Shown in pieces: positions 18,299 through 27,381 of a stretch of 29,517 bases of DNA; position 1 is the stretch's first letter; every line of letters starts with the position of its first letter. The position numbers were made by a program, and so were the translations under genes. The notes under the pieces were generated by a model. It worked only from the letters and a program-made list of their open reading frames with translations, was not told the origin of the DNA and made no database searches. The DNA comes from Campylobacterales bacterium. GTDB taxonomy: Bacteria; Campylobacterota; Campylobacteria; Campylobacterales; Sulfurimonadaceae. The stretch is taken from the NCBI GenBank assembly GCA_038205935.1, contig JBBRBK010000022.1, positions 1 to 29,517 on the forward strand, written 5' to 3'.

Positions 18299-18667
18299 TT
18301 ATTTAACTTCTACTTTAGCACCAGCTTCTTCAAGTTGTTTTTTTGCATCTTCTGCAGTTGCTTTATCAACGCCTTCTTTGATTGTTGAAGGAACGTTTTC
18401 ACTTGCATCTTTTGCTTCTTTAAGGCCTAGACCTGTAAGAGCACGTACAACTTTAATTACGTTGATTTTTTTATCGCCAGCATCAAGGATGATAACGTCA
18501 AATTCAGTTTTTTCTTCAACTGCTTCAGCAGCTACAGCGCCACCAGCAACAGCAACAGGTTGAGCAGATACGCCAAATTTTTCTTCGAACTCTTTTACAA
18601 GTTCAGACAACTCAAGTACAGATAATCCAGATATGAATTCTAATACGTCTTCTTTAGTAACAGCCAT
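18299..18667 (-). CDS. rplL: 50S ribosomal protein L7/L12
   Basis: [47 protein letters not shown]. Start set at MAVTK (18667), after GGAG. Confidence 0.99.
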   Translation of the reverse strand: MAVTKEDVLEFISGLSVLELSELVKEFEEKFGVSAQPVAVAGGAVAAEAVEEKTEFDVIILDAGDKKINVIKVVRALTGLGLKEAKDASENVPSTIKEGVDKATAEDAKKQLEEAGAKVEVK

Positions 18668-18720
18668 AGTGTTCTCCATTTTTTTATTTTATTTTTTATT
18701 TATCAATCAAAAGAAGCGAA

Positions 18721-19200
18721 TTACGCTTCTTCTTTTTGTCTTCTTAACGCGTCTAAACCGATTGTGAAGTTTCTGATTGGACCCATCCAAACAGAAGCAA
18801 GCATACCAAGAAGTTCTTCACGACCTGGAAGTTTAGCGAATGCATTGATTTTTGCAGCATCAGCTTGTTCTTTATCTAAGTAACCTGCTTTAACAACAAA
18901 TTTATCATTTGACTTTGCAAAATCAGATGCAACTTTAGAAGCAGCAATAACATCATCAGACCATACTAAAATATTAGTATCTCTCATGTCTAAACCTGTC
19001 ATTCCAGCTTTTTCAAGAGCGATCATTGCTAAAGTATTTTTAACAACCTGAACACTTGTGCCTTTTACTTTTGCTGATCTACGTAACTCTTCTAAATTAG
19101 AAACAGTTAGACCTTTATAGTCACAGACAACAACTGCAGTAGCGTTATCTAATGAAGATGCTAACTGTTGAATTACTTCAGCTTTTTTAGCTTTTAACAT
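18721..19200 (-). CDS. rplJ: 50S ribosomal protein L10
   Basis: DYKGLTV, VVKNTL, LPGREELL; lies between rplA and rplL; AAGGAG RBS. Confidence 0.97.
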   Translation of the reverse strand: MLKAKKAEVIQQLASSLDNATAVVVCDYKGLTVSNLEELRRSAKVKGTSVQVVKNTLAMIALEKAGMTGLDMRDTNILVWSDDVIAASKVASDFAKSNDKFVVKAGYLDKEQADAAKINAFAKLPGREELLGMLASVWMGPIRNFTIGLDALRRQKEEA

Positions 19201-19204
19201 AAAA

Positions 19205-19292
19205 TCTCCTTTCCAGACATAACTTCAAGATGGGAGGGAAAGGCCAATTAAGCTACTACAAACGTAGATGCCCCAAACTATCTTTAGTCCAA
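19205..19292 (-). promoter_or_regulatory. probable L10 leader (rplJ autoregulatory RNA)
   Basis: Sense strand CTAAAGATAG...GCTTAATT...CC..TTGAAG just upstream of rplJ resembles the AAGAYAG...UUAA..GAG pattern of L10 leaders. Not confirmed with a covariance model. Confidence 0.6.
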
Positions 19293-19299
19293 GTAATTC

Positions 19300-19389
19300 A
19301 GATTTTCATAATGAAAATCTTTATTTTGTAATACTCGTATTAGAAAATAAAAATCTTACATGTAAGGTTAGCCAAGTCTCCTTGGCTAA
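19300..19389. repeat. array of inverted repeats with a central CTTACATGTAAG palindrome in the rplA-rplJ spacer
   Basis: AGATTTTCAT-A-ATGAAAATCT (19300-19320); TTATTTTGTAATAC-TC-GTATTAGAAAATAA (19321-19350); CTTACATGTAAG (19355-19366); TTAGCCAAG-TCTC-CTTGGCTAA (19368-19389). Confidence 0.75.
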
Positions 19390-19392
19390 AAC

Positions 19393-20088
19393 TTATCTAA
19401 TTTCTGCTAACTCTAGAAGCTCAAGTTTAATTGCAGGACTCATAGTAAGACTAAGTACTGCATTTTTGATATAACGTCCTTTTGCAGTTGATGGTTTATG
19501 CTTATTAATAGCACCAACAAAAGCAGAGATATTTTCTGCAAGTTTTTGTGAATCAAAACTTACTTTACCAATACCTGCATGGATATTACCTTTTTTATCA
19601 ACACGGAAAGCAACCTGACCGCCTTTTACATTCTTAACTGCTTGTGCAACATCTGCTGTTACAGTACCAGTTTTAGGGTTAGGCATCATACCTTTTGGCC
19701 CTAGAATACGACCGATTTTACCAACAAGACCCATACAGTCTGGTGCAGCAACAACTACATCAAAATTGAAAATTCCCTCTTGGATCTGTTCAACTAAATC
19801 ATCAGTACCAACAATATCAGCACCGGCAGCTTTAGCTTCATCAGCTTTAATACCTTTTGCAAATACTGCTACACGAACAGTTTTACCAGTTCCATGAGGA
19901 AGTACAACTGCACCTCTAACCATTTGGTCTGCATGTCTTGGATCAACATTTAAATTTAATGCTATCTCAACAGTTTCATCAAATTTTGCTGATTTTAAAT
20001 CTTTGATTGTTACAGATGCATCAGCCACTGAAAAGCTTTGTGCAACATCTAATTTTTCTTTTAATTGTTTATAACGTTTACCCGCCAT
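19393..20088 (-). CDS. rplA: 50S ribosomal protein L1
   Basis: [48 protein letters not shown]. Confidence 0.99.
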   Translation of the reverse strand: MAGKRYKQLKEKLDVAQSFSVADASVTIKDLKSAKFDETVEIALNLNVDPRHADQMVRGAVVLPHGTGKTVRVAVFAKGIKADEAKAAGADIVGTDDLVEQIQEGIFNFDVVVAAPDCMGLVGKIGRILGPKGMMPNPKTGTVTADVAQAVKNVKGGQVAFRVDKKGNIHAGIGKVSFDSQKLAENISAFVGAINKHKPSTAKGRYIKNAVLSLTMSPAIKLELLELAEIR

Positions 20089-20204
20089 TGAATATCTCCT
20101 ATGATTTCTGCCGCAATATATATTTTTAGAAGAGAAGAACTCCTCTAAACGTGTATCGTTTAACCATCAATGCGGTCGTTGATTTAGATACACTTAACTA
20201 AAAA

Positions 20205-20630
20205 TTAGTCTACTATCTCTACACCCATAGAACGAGCTGAACCAGCGATTGTGTTTGCAGCCATTTCAATGTTAGTAGTATTCATATCTTCCATTTTCAT
20301 TTTCACTATTTCCATAAGTTGGTCTTTAGTTATTTTACCAATTTTATTTTTTAGTGCGTTGTCTGTACCTTTTTTAAGTCCAGCCGCTCTCATAATTAAT
20401 TGTGATGCCGGTGGTTGTTTAGTAATAAAAGAAAAACTTTTATCGCTATATACTGTGATAACTACTGGAACTTTGAATCCCATTTTATCTTTTGTTTTTT
20501 CGTTGAATGCTTTACAGAATTCCATAATATTAACACCACGCTGACCTAATGCAGGACCTACTGGAGGTGCTGGATTAGCTGCACCAGCATTAATTTGCAG
20601 TTTGATGTAACCAGTGACTTTTTTTGCCAT
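20205..20630 (-). CDS. rplK: 50S ribosomal protein L11
   Basis: [36 protein letters not shown]. Confidence 0.99.
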   Translation of the reverse strand: MAKKVTGYIKLQINAGAANPAPPVGPALGQRGVNIMEFCKAFNEKTKDKMGFKVPVVITVYSDKSFSFITKQPPASQLIMRAAGLKKGTDNALKNKIGKITKDQLMEIVKMKMEDMNTTNIEMAANTIAGSARSMGVEIVD

Positions 20631-20651
20631 TTTGCTTCCTTTTTGTTGAGT

Positions 20652-21182
20652 TTAAATTATTTTTTCTACTTGAGTATACGATATATCTACAGGTGTCGCA
20701 CGTCCAAAGATAGAAACATTCAATTTCAATGTTCCATGCTCAAGATCGTACTCATCTACAGTACCTGTAAAGTTCGCAAACGGGCCATCAACGATACGTA
20801 CCATCTCACCAGAATCAAAAAATACTTTTGGTTTAGGTGCCGCACGGTTATTTGCACGATCCAAAATAACTTGAATATCGCTTTCACTTAGTGGTGTAGG
20901 ATGGTTTGCTTCACCAACAAAACCAGATACACGTGGTAAAGACTGGATCAAATGCTGAAGCTCATTATTTAAATCAATGTAAACAAATACATATCCAGAA
21001 TACAAAGATCTTTCAGTAATCTTCTTTTTACCATCTTTTACTTCAATAACATCTTCTGTAGGGACAAGAAGATCTTTAATACCTTCTTGCAATCCTCTCT
21101 CGATGATAATATTTTCTATTGCAGCTTTAACACTACGTTCACTTCCAGAGTATGTCTGAATTGAATACCATTGATGTGCCAT
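20652..21182 (-). CDS. nusG: transcription termination/antitermination factor NusG
   Basis: WYSIQTYSGSE, GYVFV, KOW motif VRIVDGPFANFTG, VSIFGRATPV. Confidence 0.98.
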   Translation of the reverse strand: MAHQWYSIQTYSGSERSVKAAIENIIIERGLQEGIKDLLVPTEDVIEVKDGKKKITERSLYSGYVFVYIDLNNELQHLIQSLPRVSGFVGEANHPTPLSESDIQVILDRANNRAAPKPKVFFDSGEMVRIVDGPFANFTGTVDEYDLEHGTLKLNVSIFGRATPVDISYTQVEKII

Positions 21183-21191
21183 TATATATCC

Positions 21192-21374
21192 TTAACTTAG
21201 TAAAGCTGAAACAGTTGAAGACATAATAAAATCAACTAACGCTAAAAATAGTGATATAAATGTTACAACAATAACAACAGAGATATAAGCTTGTTTTACT
21301 TGCACTTTATTTGGAAAAATAACTTTGCTAAGTTCTAATTTTGCATCTCTGACATAACTATTTAAATTTTTCAT
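21192..21374 (-). CDS. secE: preprotein translocase subunit SecE
   Basis: ELSKVIFP motif followed by one TM helix; lies between tRNA-Trp and nusG. Confidence 0.95.
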   Translation of the reverse strand: MKNLNSYVRDAKLELSKVIFPNKVQVKQAYISVVIVVTFISLFLALVDFIMSSTVSALLS

Positions 21375-21444
21375 TAATCATCCTAAATATATCTACATAT
21401 TGCATTTTCAATAAATAAATCTCGAAAGATGTATTTATTGAAAA

Positions 21445-21520
21445 TGGCAGGCGAAGGGGGACTCGAACCCGCAACCATCGGATTTGGAATCCGGCGCTCT
21501 ACCATTGGAGCTATTCGCCT
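21445..21520 (-). tRNA. tRNA-Trp (CCA)
   Basis: AGGCGAA acceptor stem, anticodon loop TTCCAAA, GTTCGAGT T-loop, encoded CCA end; 76 nt. Confidence 0.97.
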
Positions 21521-21561
21521 GTATAAACTTATAAGTAGAAGATCTCTACTTATAGGTTAAA

Positions 21562-21714
21562 TTATAATTTCATCTCTTTATGAACAGTATGTTCACGACA
21601 AAATTTACAAAATTTACGTACTGAAAATTTTTCAGTATGAGTTTTCTTATTTTTAGTTGTATGATAGTTACGACGTGTACACTTCTCACAACCTAAGTGG
21701 ATATTTTCTCTCAT
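21562..21714 (-). CDS. rpmG: 50S ribosomal protein L33, zinc-binding (C+) form
   Basis: Manual translation MRENIHLGCEKCTRRNYHTTKNKKTHTEKFSVRKFCKFCREHTVHKEMKL (50 aa, two CxxC); too short for the ORF track. Confidence 0.97.
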   Translation of the reverse strand: MRENIHLGCEKCTRRNYHTTKNKKTHTEKFSVRKFCKFCREHTVHKEMKL

Positions 21715-21766
21715 TGTGTTTACCTAATTTAAAAGTTCACTTCCACTTTCGTAGAAGCGACATCAA

Positions 21767-22966
21767 TTACTTGACGATTTTAGAAACAACACCTGCACCA
21801 ACTGTACGTCCACCTTCACGAATAGCGAAACGAGTTCCCTCTTCCATCGCGATTGGGTGTATCAGTGTAGCAGTAATTTTAACGTTATCACCTGGCATAA
21901 CCATCTCAGTACCTTCTGGTAAAGTGATTGCACCTGTAACGTCTGTTGTACGAACATAGAACTGTGGACGGTAGTTAGAGAAGAATGGAGTATGACGACC
22001 ACCCTCTTCTTTACTTAGTACATAGATCTCAGCTTCAAATATTGTATGTGGAGTAATTGATTTTGGTTTACAAAGAACTTGACCACGCTCAACTGCTTCT
22101 TTAGCAATACCACGTAATAAAAGACCACAGTTATCGCCAGCGACACCTTCAGTCATCTCTTTACGGAACATTTCAATACCAGTTACAGTAGTAGTCTGAG
22201 TATCTCTAATACCAACGATTTCAATTGTTTCACCAATTTTCACTGTACCACGTTCAATACGGCCAGTTACAACTGTTCCACGACCAGAAATTGAAAATAC
22301 ATCTTCAACTGGCATCAAGAAATCTTTATCAGTTTCACGGATTGGTTGAGGAATATATCTATCAACTTCAGCCATTAACTTTTGGATTTTTGCAGACCAT
22401 GCGCCAAGTGTACCAGTTTTTGCTTCATCAAGAGCTTTAAGAGCTGAACCTGCAATGATTGGAGTATCATCACCTGGGAACTCGTATTGATCCAAAAGTT
22501 CACGGATTTCCATCTCTACTAGTTCTAGTAGTTCTTCATCATCAACCATATCTTCTTTGTTCATGAAAACAACGATGTATGGTACACCAACTTGTTTAGA
22601 AAGAAGAATGTGCTCACGCGTTTGTGGCATTGGGCCATCTGCTGCAGAAACAACTAATATAGCGCCATCCATTTGAGCAGCACCAGTAATCATGTTTTTA
22701 ACGTAGTCAGCGTGACCTGGACAGTCAACGTGTGCATAGTGACGATTATCTGTTTCATACTCAACGTGTGAAGTAGAGATAGTAATACCACGCTCTCTTT
22801 CTTCTGGAGCGTTATCGATTGCATCGTAATCCATCATTTTCGCGCCATTTGTTACCGCCAGAACTGCTGTAATTGCTGCAGTTAAAGTAGTTTTACCATG
22901 GTCGACGTGACCGATTGTACCAATGTTACAGTGAGGTTTATTACGCTCAAACTTTTCTTTTGCCAT
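21767..22966 (-). CDS. tuf: elongation factor Tu
   Basis: [43 protein letters not shown]. Start set at MAKEK (22966), after GGAGG. Confidence 0.99.
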   Translation of the reverse strand: MAKEKFERNKPHCNIGTIGHVDHGKTTLTAAITAVLAVTNGAKMMDYDAIDNAPEERERGITISTSHVEYETDNRHYAHVDCPGHADYVKNMITGAAQMDGAILVVSAADGPMPQTREHILLSKQVGVPYIVVFMNKEDMVDDEELLELVEMEIRELLDQYEFPGDDTPIIAGSALKALDEAKTGTLGAWSAKIQKLMAEVDRYIPQPIRETDKDFLMPVEDVFSISGRGTVVTGRIERGTVKIGETIEIVGIRDTQTTTVTGIEMFRKEMTEGVAGDNCGLLLRGIAKEAVERGQVLCKPKSITPHTIFEAEIYVLSKEEGGRHTPFFSNYRPQFYVRTTDVTGAITLPEGTEMVMPGDNVKITATLIHPIAMEEGTRFAIREGGRTVGAGVVSKIVK

Positions 22967-23066
22967 TGTGTCCTCCGACTTTATTTTTGTGAATAGAAAT
23001 GGAATTGTATCCAAAAATTATTCAATTATTGCTTATATAAAAATAAAATATAAATTTTCTCTCAAC

Positions 23067-23141
<75 letters not shown>

Positions 23142-23228
23142 AAGCTTTTTCAATAATAGATTTACATCTTTTATATTTTTTGAATATTTATATTTAAAAT
23201 TTTGTGGGTATTTTCTAATGTAAATAAG

Positions 23229-23305
23229 TGGAGCGGGTGAAGGGACTCGAACCCTCGACCCTCAGCTTGGAAGGCTGACGCTCTAGCCAACTGAGCTACG
23301 CCCGC
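23229..23305 (-). tRNA. tRNA-Gly (TCC)
   Basis: GCGGGCG acceptor, TCAGC-CTTCCAA-GCTGA anticodon arm, GTTCGAGT, TCCA end; 77 nt. Confidence 0.97.
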
Positions 23306-23318
23306 ATCCTGACTTTTG

Positions 23319-23403
23319 TGGTGGTGAGAAGAGGAGTCGAACCTCTGAACCCGAAGGGAGCGGATTTACAGTCCGCCGTCGTTGGCCACTTGACTATCTC
23401 ACC
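23319..23403 (-). tRNA. tRNA-Tyr (GTA)
   Basis: GGTGAGA/TCTCACC acceptor stem, GCGGA-CTGTAAA-TCCGC anticodon arm, long variable arm CCC-TTCG-GG, ACCA end; 85 nt. Confidence 0.97.
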
Positions 23404-23424
23404 AATTTAACATTCAATATTCAA

Positions 23425-23501
23425 TGGTGCCGGCACGAGGACTTGAACCCCGGGCCTGCTGATTACAAATCAGCTGCTCTAGCCAACTGAGCTATGCCGG
23501 C
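23425..23501 (-). tRNA. tRNA-Thr (TGT)
   Basis: GCCGGCA/TGCCGGC acceptor stem, GCTGA-TTTGTAA-TCAGC anticodon arm, GTTCAAGT, ACCA end; 77 nt. Confidence 0.97.
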
Positions 23502-23518
23502 TTTGAATTTGAGCCAGA

Positions 23519-23547
23519 ATTATAGACAAATTCATTTCCAATGTCAA
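23519..23547 (-). promoter_or_regulatory. consensus sigma70 promoter of the tRNA(Thr-Tyr-Gly-Thr)/tuf cluster
   Basis: Minus strand TTGACA (23547-23542), 17-nt spacer, TATAAT (23524-23519), 17 nt before tRNA-Thr(TGT). Confidence 0.88.
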
Positions 23548-23557
23548 GCTTTTTTAT

Positions 23558-24334
23558 CTAAAAAATAATTTTTTCTCCATCTTTTAATATTTTTACCCTA
23601 TAATCGCCCTTCAAGAGGGATATTTCTTGTGTCATCTCGTCCAAAAATAATGGCTTTATATGGTTAATGTATATATTGATTTCTTTCTTTTTCATTGCTT
23701 TTAACTTCTCAAACAATAGTTTCGGCGTCAAATGTTTTGAATCATACGCCAACTGTCCCATCCTTGATGGAAAAGAACACTCTACGACAAGAGTTTTAAT
23801 GTCATCTCTTGTATCGATTTTTTCAATTGTACTGTCCAAACTATAGGTATCAAGTGATATTATCACTGATGAGTCATTTTTTGTCACTATATATCCGCAA
23901 CTTGCAACGGTATGATCTGTTTGATAAGGTTGCAAACTTATCTCTTGCGAAATTTGATAACTTTTCTCACACTCTATCTCTTCATAAACAACACTCATCT
24001 CATCTGAATTTAAAAGCTTTATTGATCCAAAATCCGGCCATATTCTATTATTTAAAAAATCCTCTTTGACAGCTTTTATTGTTTGTGGCAATCCATAAAT
24101 CTTTAGCGGTTTCTTTCTACATGCGAAGTAGCTGTCCATAATGTATGCAATATCTATAATATGGTCAAGATGGGAATGTGAAAGCCAGATCGATTCTAAC
24201 TCTGCTGATTTCTCTTTAAGTGGAACAAGCAAGTTACCAGCATCAATGACATTCTTCTCATCTATGTAAAATGCACTCGTCCCCACATCCGCACCCTTGG
24301 TTCCATATGCACCTAAAATAGTTATCTCATTCAT
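23558..24334 (-). CDS. MBL-fold metallohydrolase, class II cyclic-nucleotide phosphodiesterase-like
   Basis: ILGAYG, IDAG, LSHSHLDHI (HxHxDH), NNRIWPDF, H(TV), DT, VECSFP, HLTP, INHIKP. Confidence 0.8.
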   Translation of the reverse strand: MNEITILGAYGTKGADVGTSAFYIDEKNVIDAGNLLVPLKEKSAELESIWLSHSHLDHIIDIAYIMDSYFACRKKPLKIYGLPQTIKAVKEDFLNNRIWPDFGSIKLLNSDEMSVVYEEIECEKSYQISQEISLQPYQTDHTVASCGYIVTKNDSSVIISLDTYSLDSTIEKIDTRDDIKTLVVECSFPSRMGQLAYDSKHLTPKLLFEKLKAMKKKEINIYINHIKPLFLDEMTQEISLLKGDYRVKILKDGEKIIF

Positions 24335-24359
24335 CTTAATACCTCATCTTCGTCCTTCG

Positions 24360-24368
24360 ATTATAGCA
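24360..24368 (-). promoter_or_regulatory. extended -10 promoter of the MBL hydrolase gene
   Basis: TGCTATAAT (TGnTATAAT) on the minus strand, 26 nt before the ATG at 24334; a divergent TATAAT on the plus strand at 24379-24384 may serve yaaA. Confidence 0.6.
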
Positions 24369-24419
24369 ATAATATCGATATAATTTCATAAATTTGATAC
24401 TACAATAAAAGGTACAATA

Positions 24420-25166
24420 TTGCTCACAATCCTATTTTCTCCAGCAGAAGGCAAACATCAAGGTGGAAACGAATCTAAAAAAGAGCTTTTTGGATCAGAC
24501 AAAGCAAGAGATGATATTCTTAACGTTTATAATGAAATAGTTCTAAAAAACGATGAAAAAGAACTAGAAAAACTTTTTGGGATAAAAAACAGTAAAGATT
24601 TTGAGCCATACTTAGAAGGAGTATTAAATACTCCATTAATGTGTGCCATCCAAAGATATAGCGGAGTTGCTTACGAATATCTCGACTTCAATTCTCTTGA
24701 TACCTCTGCGCAAGAATATCTTAAAAAAAATGTTATTATTTTTTCAAATCTTTATGGGCCGATCTTAGGTTTAGATACTATCGCCAACTATAAAGTGCAC
24801 CAAGGGACAAATATCGGCTCTATTGCACCTGATAAATATTATAAAGATAGATTTTCTTATCAGCTGGATCTTTATTTGGCAGATAAAGAGATTTTAGATT
24901 TGCGCGCGGGTTATTATGATAAATTTTATAAAACAGACAAGCCCTACACAACTTTGAAATTTTTAAAAGATGGGAAAACAGTAAGTCACTGGGCAAAAGC
25001 GTATCGAGGGATCGTGCTTCGTGAGATTGCAAAACACAATGTAACTTCGATAGAAGAGTTCAATAAACTCGAAATCGAAGGCTTATACCCAGAGGGCACT
25101 TTGCATGTAAGAGAGATAAAAACCATCAAAAACAAAACAGAAATAGTCTACGACATAGGAGCATAA
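24420..25166 (+). CDS. yaaA: YaaA family (UPF0246) peroxide-stress DNA-binding protein
   Basis: ILFSPAEGK, AIQRYSGVAYEYLD, IFSNLYG, SHWAKAYRG; TTG start after AAAGG. Confidence 0.88.
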   Translation: MLTILFSPAEGKHQGGNESKKELFGSDKARDDILNVYNEIVLKNDEKELEKLFGIKNSKDFEPYLEGVLNTPLMCAIQRYSGVAYEYLDFNSLDTSAQEYLKKNVIIFSNLYGPILGLDTIANYKVHQGTNIGSIAPDKYYKDRFSYQLDLYLADKEILDLRAGYYDKFYKTDKPYTTLKFLKDGKTVSHWAKAYRGIVLREIAKHNVTSIEEFNKLEIEGLYPEGTLHVREIKTIKNKTEIVYDIGA

Positions 25167-25487
25167 ATGCAAAATCTAGAATCAATCCATCAAACCATCA
25201 AGGAAAATCTAGCGGTAATGCTCTACTTTAGTGCGCCTACATGTAACGTTTGTCACGCACTCAAACCAAAACTTCTTGAAGCACTAAACGAGAATTTTGA
25301 AACCTTTGAAGTCATAAGCATTGATGTTTCAACGGACGCCGACATAGCCGCAGCGTTTGGCGTCTTTGCCATTCCAACTGTTTTAGTCTTTTTAGATAGC
25401 AGAGAATTCCTAAGAAAAAGTCGTAACATGAGTGTTGGTGAAGTGATAAGCGAGATCAAAAGACCTTATAAGATCATGATGAGTTAA
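25167..25487 (+). CDS. thioredoxin family protein (CNVC active site)
   Basis: YFSAPTCNVCHALKPK (CxxC) and cis-Pro loop FGVFAIPTVLVF; ATG directly follows the yaaA stop. Confidence 0.88.
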   Translation: MQNLESIHQTIKENLAVMLYFSAPTCNVCHALKPKLLEALNENFETFEVISIDVSTDADIAAAFGVFAIPTVLVFLDSREFLRKSRNMSVGEVISEIKRPYKIMMS

Positions 25488-25488
25488 G

Positions 25489-27333
25489 TTAAGCAATAGG
25501 AAGAGTGATCACAAACTCTGCACCGATGAGTCTATGATCCATATACTTATACTCCGTAGTACACGCAGATATTGTCCCATGAAGATGTTGAGTGATGATG
25601 GTATAAGTGATATAGAGTCCAAGTCCTGTTCCTTTTGACCTGTGTTTTGTTGTAAAATAGGGCTCAAAAATCTTTTCTAAAATATCTTGTTTGATACCGC
25701 CACCAGAATCTTTTAATGTAATCACAACCTCTTTTGCATCGTATTGAATATCTATAAAAAAGTATCGATTTTCCCTTTTGCCCTCAGCCATCACATCTTT
25801 TGCATTATTGTAAATGTTTAGCAAGGCTTGGATCAAAAGGTTTTCGTTACTTGAGATTCTACAATCTTGTGCTGTGAGAACCATTGAAATATTATTACTT
25901 CTAAAGCTGTCTTTAGTGAGTTCATTCACTCGACATATCGCATCTTGTATGCTAAATGGTGCCGAATCTTCTATATCCGAGCTAAAGTAGTTTTTAAAAT
26001 CATCAATAGTTTGTGAAAGATATTGAGCTTGAAGATTGATGTCATTGCTAATTTTGAGAATATCCTCTTTTTCTATAGCAACCCCAAAAAGAAGAGATGT
26101 TTCCAATTTTACCGTCTGTAAAGAGATGATATTTAACGGCTGTCTCCACTGATGAGCGATATTACTCAGCATCTCGCCTAACGCGGCTATTTTGGACTGG
26201 ATCATGATAACTCTGTTTTGTTTCTCTATTTCCTCTTTTTGCTCGGTAATTGTCTGTTTTAAATTATTTTTTGTATGGATCCACTTTTTTTTAAGACTTA
26301 TAAAAAGTAGAATAAATATCAAGCTGACCACTACAAAGATGAAGATAAATACAATATATACGATATCTTTATAGTGAAGCTTAAAAGCCAACTCTTTTGG
26401 ATGGTTGTATTCATATACAAATGAGTCATAATTAAGATCTTTTGAAGTCATACCAAAAACTTTATAAACTTTTACGATGTCACTTAGTTGATCTTTATCC
26501 AAATAGCCCAGAGGAACAGCTTTTCTACAAGCCAAACGTTTGAGACTTTCCCCCTCTTTTATCAGTTGGATCAGAGTTTTGTGTTGCGTATTGTAGTGTT
26601 TGTAAATGATTTCAGCGCTCTGCGTAATATTATCAAACGCATAGGTCCAGCCACGCATCGTAGCTTCATAAAAATCTTTTGTCGTTTGTGGATTGTTTTT
26701 AATATATGTTGAAGAGGTAAAAAGAATGTCATCATAAAAACGAAACCCATAATCTTTAGGATTGAAAACTTTATAACCAATACCTTTGTCTTGCATGCGT
26801 ATGGGTTCATTTGATATATATGAAGCCATGGCATCAGTTTTTTTATCTATCAAATCATCAAGATTAAAACTATGGGGCACAACATTTATATCTTTTAGCG
26901 TTAAACCCGAGGAAGAGAGCATCGCCATCAAAGAAGCCATATCCTGAGCATCATTTGAAAGCATGATTTTTTTATTTTTAAGATCAGCGACAGTATTGAT
27001 ATTTGTATCATCTCTTGTAAGTAAGACCATCGGGGATTGCTGGTATATGGCACCTAAGGCAACAATATCGGCACCGTTTATTTGACTGATTATTATTGAT
27101 GAATGTCCAACAGCGAAGTCAGCTTTTTTTTCAGGGATGACACTGAAGATATCCGTATCTTTTTTGAATTCTTTGATCTCAACATCAAGACCGACATCCC
27201 TATAGTAGCCCAACTCTTTTGCCATGTAATATCCGGCAAACTGAAACTGGTTCAACCAATCGAGCTGTAATACCACTTTTTGAGTCGCAAATAATGAGAT
27301 GCATAATGATAAAATAACAATAATCTTTTTCAT
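25489..27333 (-). CDS. sensor histidine kinase with N-terminal NMT1/THI5-like periplasmic binding domain
   Basis: Signal peptide; LQLDWLNQFQFAGYYMA.ELGYY..GLDVEI (NMT1/THI5-like); one TM helix; H-box IAHQWRQPL; N-box NIYNNAKD; DSGGGI, IFEPYFTTK, GTGLGL. Confidence 0.92.
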   Translation of the reverse strand: MKKIIVILSLCISLFATQKVVLQLDWLNQFQFAGYYMAKELGYYRDVGLDVEIKEFKKDTDIFSVIPEKKADFAVGHSSIIISQINGADIVALGAIYQQSPMVLLTRDDTNINTVADLKNKKIMLSNDAQDMASLMAMLSSSGLTLKDINVVPHSFNLDDLIDKKTDAMASYISNEPIRMQDKGIGYKVFNPKDYGFRFYDDILFTSSTYIKNNPQTTKDFYEATMRGWTYAFDNITQSAEIIYKHYNTQHKTLIQLIKEGESLKRLACRKAVPLGYLDKDQLSDIVKVYKVFGMTSKDLNYDSFVYEYNHPKELAFKLHYKDIVYIVFIFIFVVVSLIFILLFISLKKKWIHTKNNLKQTITEQKEEIEKQNRVIMIQSKIAALGEMLSNIAHQWRQPLNIISLQTVKLETSLLFGVAIEKEDILKISNDINLQAQYLSQTIDDFKNYFSSDIEDSAPFSIQDAICRVNELTKDSFRSNNISMVLTAQDCRISSNENLLIQALLNIYNNAKDVMAEGKRENRYFFIDIQYDAKEVVITLKDSGGGIKQDILEKIFEPYFTTKHRSKGTGLGLYITYTIITQHLHGTISACTTEYKYMDHRLIGAEFVITLPIA

Positions 27334-27381
27334 GTCAATAATTTTATCCTAATATATCCATACATCAAGCTACCCTTTACT

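Noticed and set aside
19268..19474. 68-aa plus-strand ORF across the rplA-rplJ spacer
   Set aside because: Antisense to rplA and the probable L10 leader; no RBS or motif; the region is explained by RNA hairpins.
23160..23225. ATTTACAT...ATGTAAAT inverted repeat between tRNA-Thr and tRNA-Gly, resembling a split TTACATGTAA
   Set aside because: Only 8 bp in very AT-rich DNA; chance or a precursor-tRNA stem explains it equally well.
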